Positions 59,262 through 64,000 of a stretch of DNA of 64,000 nt are shown here, piece by piece. Under the pieces are notes generated by a model. The model was not told the origin of the DNA. It worked only from the letters and a program-made list of their open reading frames with translations, and ran no database searches. Position 1 is the stretch's first letter. Each line of letters starts with the position of its first letter. A program made the translations under genes and the position numbers. The DNA lies in NCBI RefSeq assembly GCF_022045235.1, contig NW_027266271.1, positions 26,970,001 through 27,034,000 of the forward strand, in the 5' to 3' direction. The stretch is from Haliotis cracherodii (Eukaryota).

Positions 59262-62200
59262 TCACCTTTATAAACAGTGTAGACTAACATTAACTGACTA
59301 AAGCACAAAACAGCATTCACACAAACTAATAGAATACACTCAGCTATCATTTTCAGAAGCTCTTGTTGTATACTTGGATACATAATTCATTTCATAGCTT
59401 GTTTGATTCTTGGAAACAGGACAAAATGACACTGACTTGAACTTTGAAACACAACAAAAAATAGACAACAAACAAAAGTGTAAGATAGTATTGTATATAT
59501 CGGTCATGTTTTGCTGAAGATATCTCTATCCTTTCACATGTTTCAAGAGGCTATTACCATGGTTACAGCTCTTGTACCTGTATAAAAAGAAAATCATTTA
59601 TCAAAACTTTGTTTTTCTGTCCTACATCAATCATTTTAGACTTTCATTTTTTAATAATTTGTGTTACAGATATGGCTACCCAATATGTGAAATAAAATAA
59701 ACATTTTGAGGAGAATAATGTGATATTGTTGAATGTGGTAAGTCATTTTAGTGATGTCAAAAACTTCAAGGTAATCAAATATGGTCAGGAAAGTGAAACT
59801 TGACTGGCACATTCTGCAAGCCATTTTCTATACCTCATTTATTTATTTCCACCAACCAACAAATGCTTCGAACATTGTATAAGGGATATAAAAAAAATCA
59901 TAAAATACTCATAAAATGTTACATTGTTTCCAAAAATCGATCCTACAGATTTGGAAAACAATCTGTAAAACAAACAATTATAAGAAAAACCCAGAAAACA
60001 GGAATCTAATTAACACAAATATAGAGGCCTCACAATTAAACAAGAAGTCTGAAGTCTCACTATGAACTATTCAGACAGATGCCTCACCATTAAACATACT
60101 GACAGAGGCCTTATTTAAATATCACAACATTCAATGCACAATTTCAAAGTATCAAGAACATGACAAACACTTGCAGACGTCCTTGTCAGGACAAGGAAAT
60201 GATATTTATTAATACTCTTGGGAGAAGTTCATGAAAATGATACTAACAGACCGTATGTATTGCTGCACTCTATTATTGAAAACATGAACTGTTATTTGGA
60301 TGCAAGAAATGAGAGTGAAGTGTGTATGTATGACAACGGTTTCTTACCTTGAGGGCACTGGGAGTGGAATCAAGAGGATGTTAATGTGAAGGGATTGTGA
60401 TCCATGCAGCTGACTAAACACTGGAAGCTGTAGTACATTCTTGTCAATGTGTCAGTATTCAGCAAACTCAAACACAAAACACACGTACAGCACGGTAGTC
60501 AAATCAGATGAAAATGAAGTCTTAATTCATGTACTGTTCATAACGTATGTGTCAAGGCACCAGTCCCTCCTAACAAGTTTCCACGGTTTTCATGGTTTAC
60601 TTAAAATACACGACCATAATTGAAGTGTTTAAGGGATATAACAGCCCTTTGAGTATGTCTCTACTCTGGAACTGTTTATAACTCCAATATGAAATATAAG
60701 CAACACTGAAATATGCATGACCAACAGTTCAAGCCATGAGGCCGTGATAACACACCATCAGACATGGTAACCATCCAATCCTCAATTAACTCTTTGGGCC
60801 ACCTCTGTAGTGGATTGAGTGGCTGTCCAGAGAGCTTAAGTTTGGTGGTTTGACCCCCGGCCGCATCATACAATATAGGCATCAAGGTGATAAAACAAAA
60901 ACTGGTTGGCTAGGAGTGGGGTATTCATGTTAAACTGCGGCATGATATCACAGTGGGCTAGCACTATAAAATCGGCAATGGTCCTATTTACTACAAGCGC
61001 TCACACGCACGCACACACGTGCATGCATGTCGCCATAAAGTGCAATAATCTTGAATGCGATGTTAAATGCCATTTCACCATACCTAACCTCACCTCACCA
61101 ATTAGCTCATGACAATTGTGGGGTAGTTTCTATACAGGGGATCTATACAGAACATGCACTATATGTCATTATTTCCCAGAACAATAGAAAGCAAAGCCCT
61201 CATAAAGCCATAAGTACAGGTAGTAATTAGAGTCAGGAGGCAACTTATTGTTTTATATTGAAATTTTTTTTAAATAAAATGTTCAAAGCATCTCATTATC
61301 TGTGTACATAACAGATGTGATTCACATTAAGTATGAATGTTTGCTTTGGTTTGTAGTTGTGTATTTCATCAAGTTTAAAAAAGAGAGAACACACACATAT
61401 TTGTCTGCAGGTTCATGGCTATTTGTGAGTGAGTGAGTGAGTTTGGGTTTATGCTGCTTTTCAAGAAGCAACATTCCACCCATATCATGGCGGGGACAAC
61501 AGGGATGGGTCTCTGGTGTTGCAAGACAACTCATAACTGGGTCAAATCTGGGATTCAGGGGCACAACTTTGCACAGCAATATTATCAGGGTATATCTGGA
61601 TATGAACCAGCAGATCCTGGCATTGCTAGGGGATGCAACTCTGTACAGCCAATATTAATGCCATCAATCTCATGGCCTCACATGTCCCTGGACATTGTTA
61701 TAAACATGTGAGAACATAGGGAAATACAGTGTTAACTGACTACATACAGATGTGATTGTACCCAGTGACCAGTATCCATGCACACAACATACAGTCAACA
61801 AAACTATGTCTGAAACACATGGTACTCTTAAGTATAAGGCTTCTCATACATTACATTTATTTAGGAAAATAGAATCACATAGATATACCCCTTATAAAAA
61901 TAGTCTCTCCCTAATTCTCTCAAGCCACAAAGTCCTTTTGTCATCAATGGATACATTAATCATATAGATGGTACCGACCTGTATAGACTACATGCTTGTC
62001 AATCAGGTCACATGTCATAAGGCGCAGATAAGGTTACATTTAACATGTTTTATTCAAAAGATATTCAACAACTTAGATTATTCCAATGATATAATGATCT
62101 TTTTCAAAAAATACATTTTAAATGTGTAAAAATAATTTAATATGTACATGATATATACAAGACATTGTGAACAAAATATGTTAACAATTTAACTAAGACA

Positions 62201-62725
62201 AAATTGTTATGGATGAGCAACTTCTTTTTTACAATTGGGTGACATTTCGGTGTAGATTCTAACACCGTTATCAAGCAAATGATAACAATTTGTCAAGTGA
62301 AATATGTCCGTCAGTCTACAGACACAATGGACTGGAAAGTTTAGAGCCAATATGTTCTGTGTTGAAGCTCCATAATACATACATACATGGATATTGACGA
62401 TTTAGAGCATGTACCAATTAGTAATTATTAAAGCACTGACACACTGAAATACTTAACCACAAACTTAGTTAATAAATCCCACATATTAACAAGAATAAGC
62501 AGTTGGAGCTCGCTATAGACAACAAACAATGTTCATGCAACGAGGTGAGATGACTGACGACTGTGAGGTACGTGAATGACGTGATGAAAAGTTGAAATTG
62601 ACGTCATGTGAGTTTTTTCACCTGAAACAAAAAAGGCTTCAGGTTAAATAATTGTCAGAGAATACTGAAACTAAGTGTTAAAACATATACACATTTATTC
62701 ACACAAGTAAACCTTCACATTAAGG

Positions 62726-62983
62726 TTGGTTGGTTGGTTTGTGGTTAAATGCCGCACTCAGCAATATTCCAGCGGTCTGTAAATAATCGAGTCTGGACCA
62801 GACAATCCAGTGATTGATATCATGAGCATCGATCCACCAAATTGGGATCGATGTCGTGCTTCAACCAAGTCAGCGAGCTTGACCATACGATGCAGTTAGT
62901 TGCCTCTAACGACAAGCATAGTCGCCTTTTACGGCAAGCATGGGTTGCTGAAGACCTATTCCACCCCGGAATCTTCACGGGTC
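62726..62983 (-). mobile_element. Full-length SINE family C
   Basis: TSD TCACATTAAGG; 5' end GACCCGTGAAG. Confidence 0.9.
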
Positions 62984-63357
62984 TCACATTAAGGAGATAA
63001 ACCTAGTGTGTTTTGAAATTTGATGTAGTACCACTGTTGGGTAGATAGCTCTCATTTTCATTTAGAACCAAGCACTTAAGCTATGGTTATGATAGCAGCG
63101 ACGGCGGTGTATCACTTGATTGAATTATTGATGCCTCATGATTGTCCATTGACAAATGGTAAAACATTGATGACAAGTAAATATCTCATGATGTCACTGA
63201 ACTGTCTGGTCCAGACTGCCATCAATTTGTTGAGTGTGGCATTAAACAACAAACAAACCAACATTGAAGACTGAAGTATTGATAATGTAGTCATAGACAT
63301 ACAAGATCACAATCAGCTCACAACATCAAATTCTATGCTTTGTGAGACACTGTATGT

Positions 63358-63550
63358 TTGAGTGAGTAAGATTGGGTGGGTGGATGGGTTTGTATGAGTG
63401 AGTGAGTGAGTGAGTGGGTGGGTGGGTGTGCTTGAGTGAGTGAGTGAGTGAGTGGGTGGGTGGGTGGATGTGTTTGAGTGAGTGAGAGTGGGTGGGTGGG
63501 TTTGTCTGAGTGGGTGGGTGGGTGGAAGGGTGTGAGTGACTGAGTGAGCG
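63358..63550. repeat. Compound (GAGT)/(GGGT) microsatellite
   Basis: Read directly; it explains the His/Ser/Thr/Pro ORFs in the track. Confidence 0.92.
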
Positions 63551-64000
63551 AGCATCTGGCAGCTTTGATTGCATGATTTTGTGTAAGATTTTTATGAACA
63601 TCCATCCAGTAATTAAAAGTGACCACATTTTTTTTTATAGTTAGTGCTGGCTTTTTTAACATCATGACTTTTGCTAAATGTGACTTCAGATATTTTCAAG
63701 AAAGTGACATTTAGAGCAGAACTTGGGGTGGTGAGTTTAACTTCCTGTCCTCGGAAAAGAAGCTGGCTAAGCTCTTCAATTTTTTTGTTTTTATTGCTGT
63801 TTTAAGGCCTGAAATGTTATAGCTGTTGACTGCTTAGTCAGTTAAAAATATAACGTTTCAAAAGGAGTCTATAGGAAAACACTGGGTTGTGTGTAACCTA
63901 TACCAGTTACCCATCCCCTCATATATTTCTGTGCCATCAATACTACGGCTGTGACGGGTCTAAATTTACTACCGGGTAACCACTCCACTAAAGTTTGACT

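Noticed and set aside
58860-60427. Possible minus-strand exons (60348-60427 with AG/GT signals; acceptor near 58907)
   Set aside because: Splice-like signals only, with no recognisable protein; cannot be supported without transcript data.
63313-63665. His/Thr/Pro-rich ORFs
   Set aside because: Translations of a compound microsatellite.

Overview
Eukaryotic, AT-rich and repeat-dense genomic DNA. The SINE families and lipocalin genes suggest an invertebrate, probably a mollusc such as a gastropod (inference only). The backbone is a lipocalin gene cluster. An ~11 kb segment carrying a two-exon secreted lipocalin is present three times: 1-8562 (truncated, exon 1 only), 8634-19326 and 40726-51780. 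A divergent RBP/ApoD-like lipocalin with the same intron phase follows at 54600-56312. The copy 1/copy 2 junction carries a templated inverted insertion. Between copies 2 and 3 lies a transposon-rich block. It holds a 1.35 kb RT-less, single-ORF retroposon with a TSD, I/Nimb-type LINE pieces, a Tc1 relic and two exons of a SET-domain gene. It also holds a four-level nested insertion (SINE > TIR DNA element > 5.9 kb mini-Maverick/Polinton > SINE) in which every level keeps its target-site duplication. The mini-Maverick has AGTAGT termini, ~670 bp TIRs, a 6-bp TSD, a protein-primed PolB remnant lacking motif A and an unrecognised Ala/Thr-rich cargo gene. The duplicated unit also holds DIRS, Gypsy and Penelope relics and a minimal hammerhead-like motif. 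All calls come from manual reading and motif recognition; no database searches were run.
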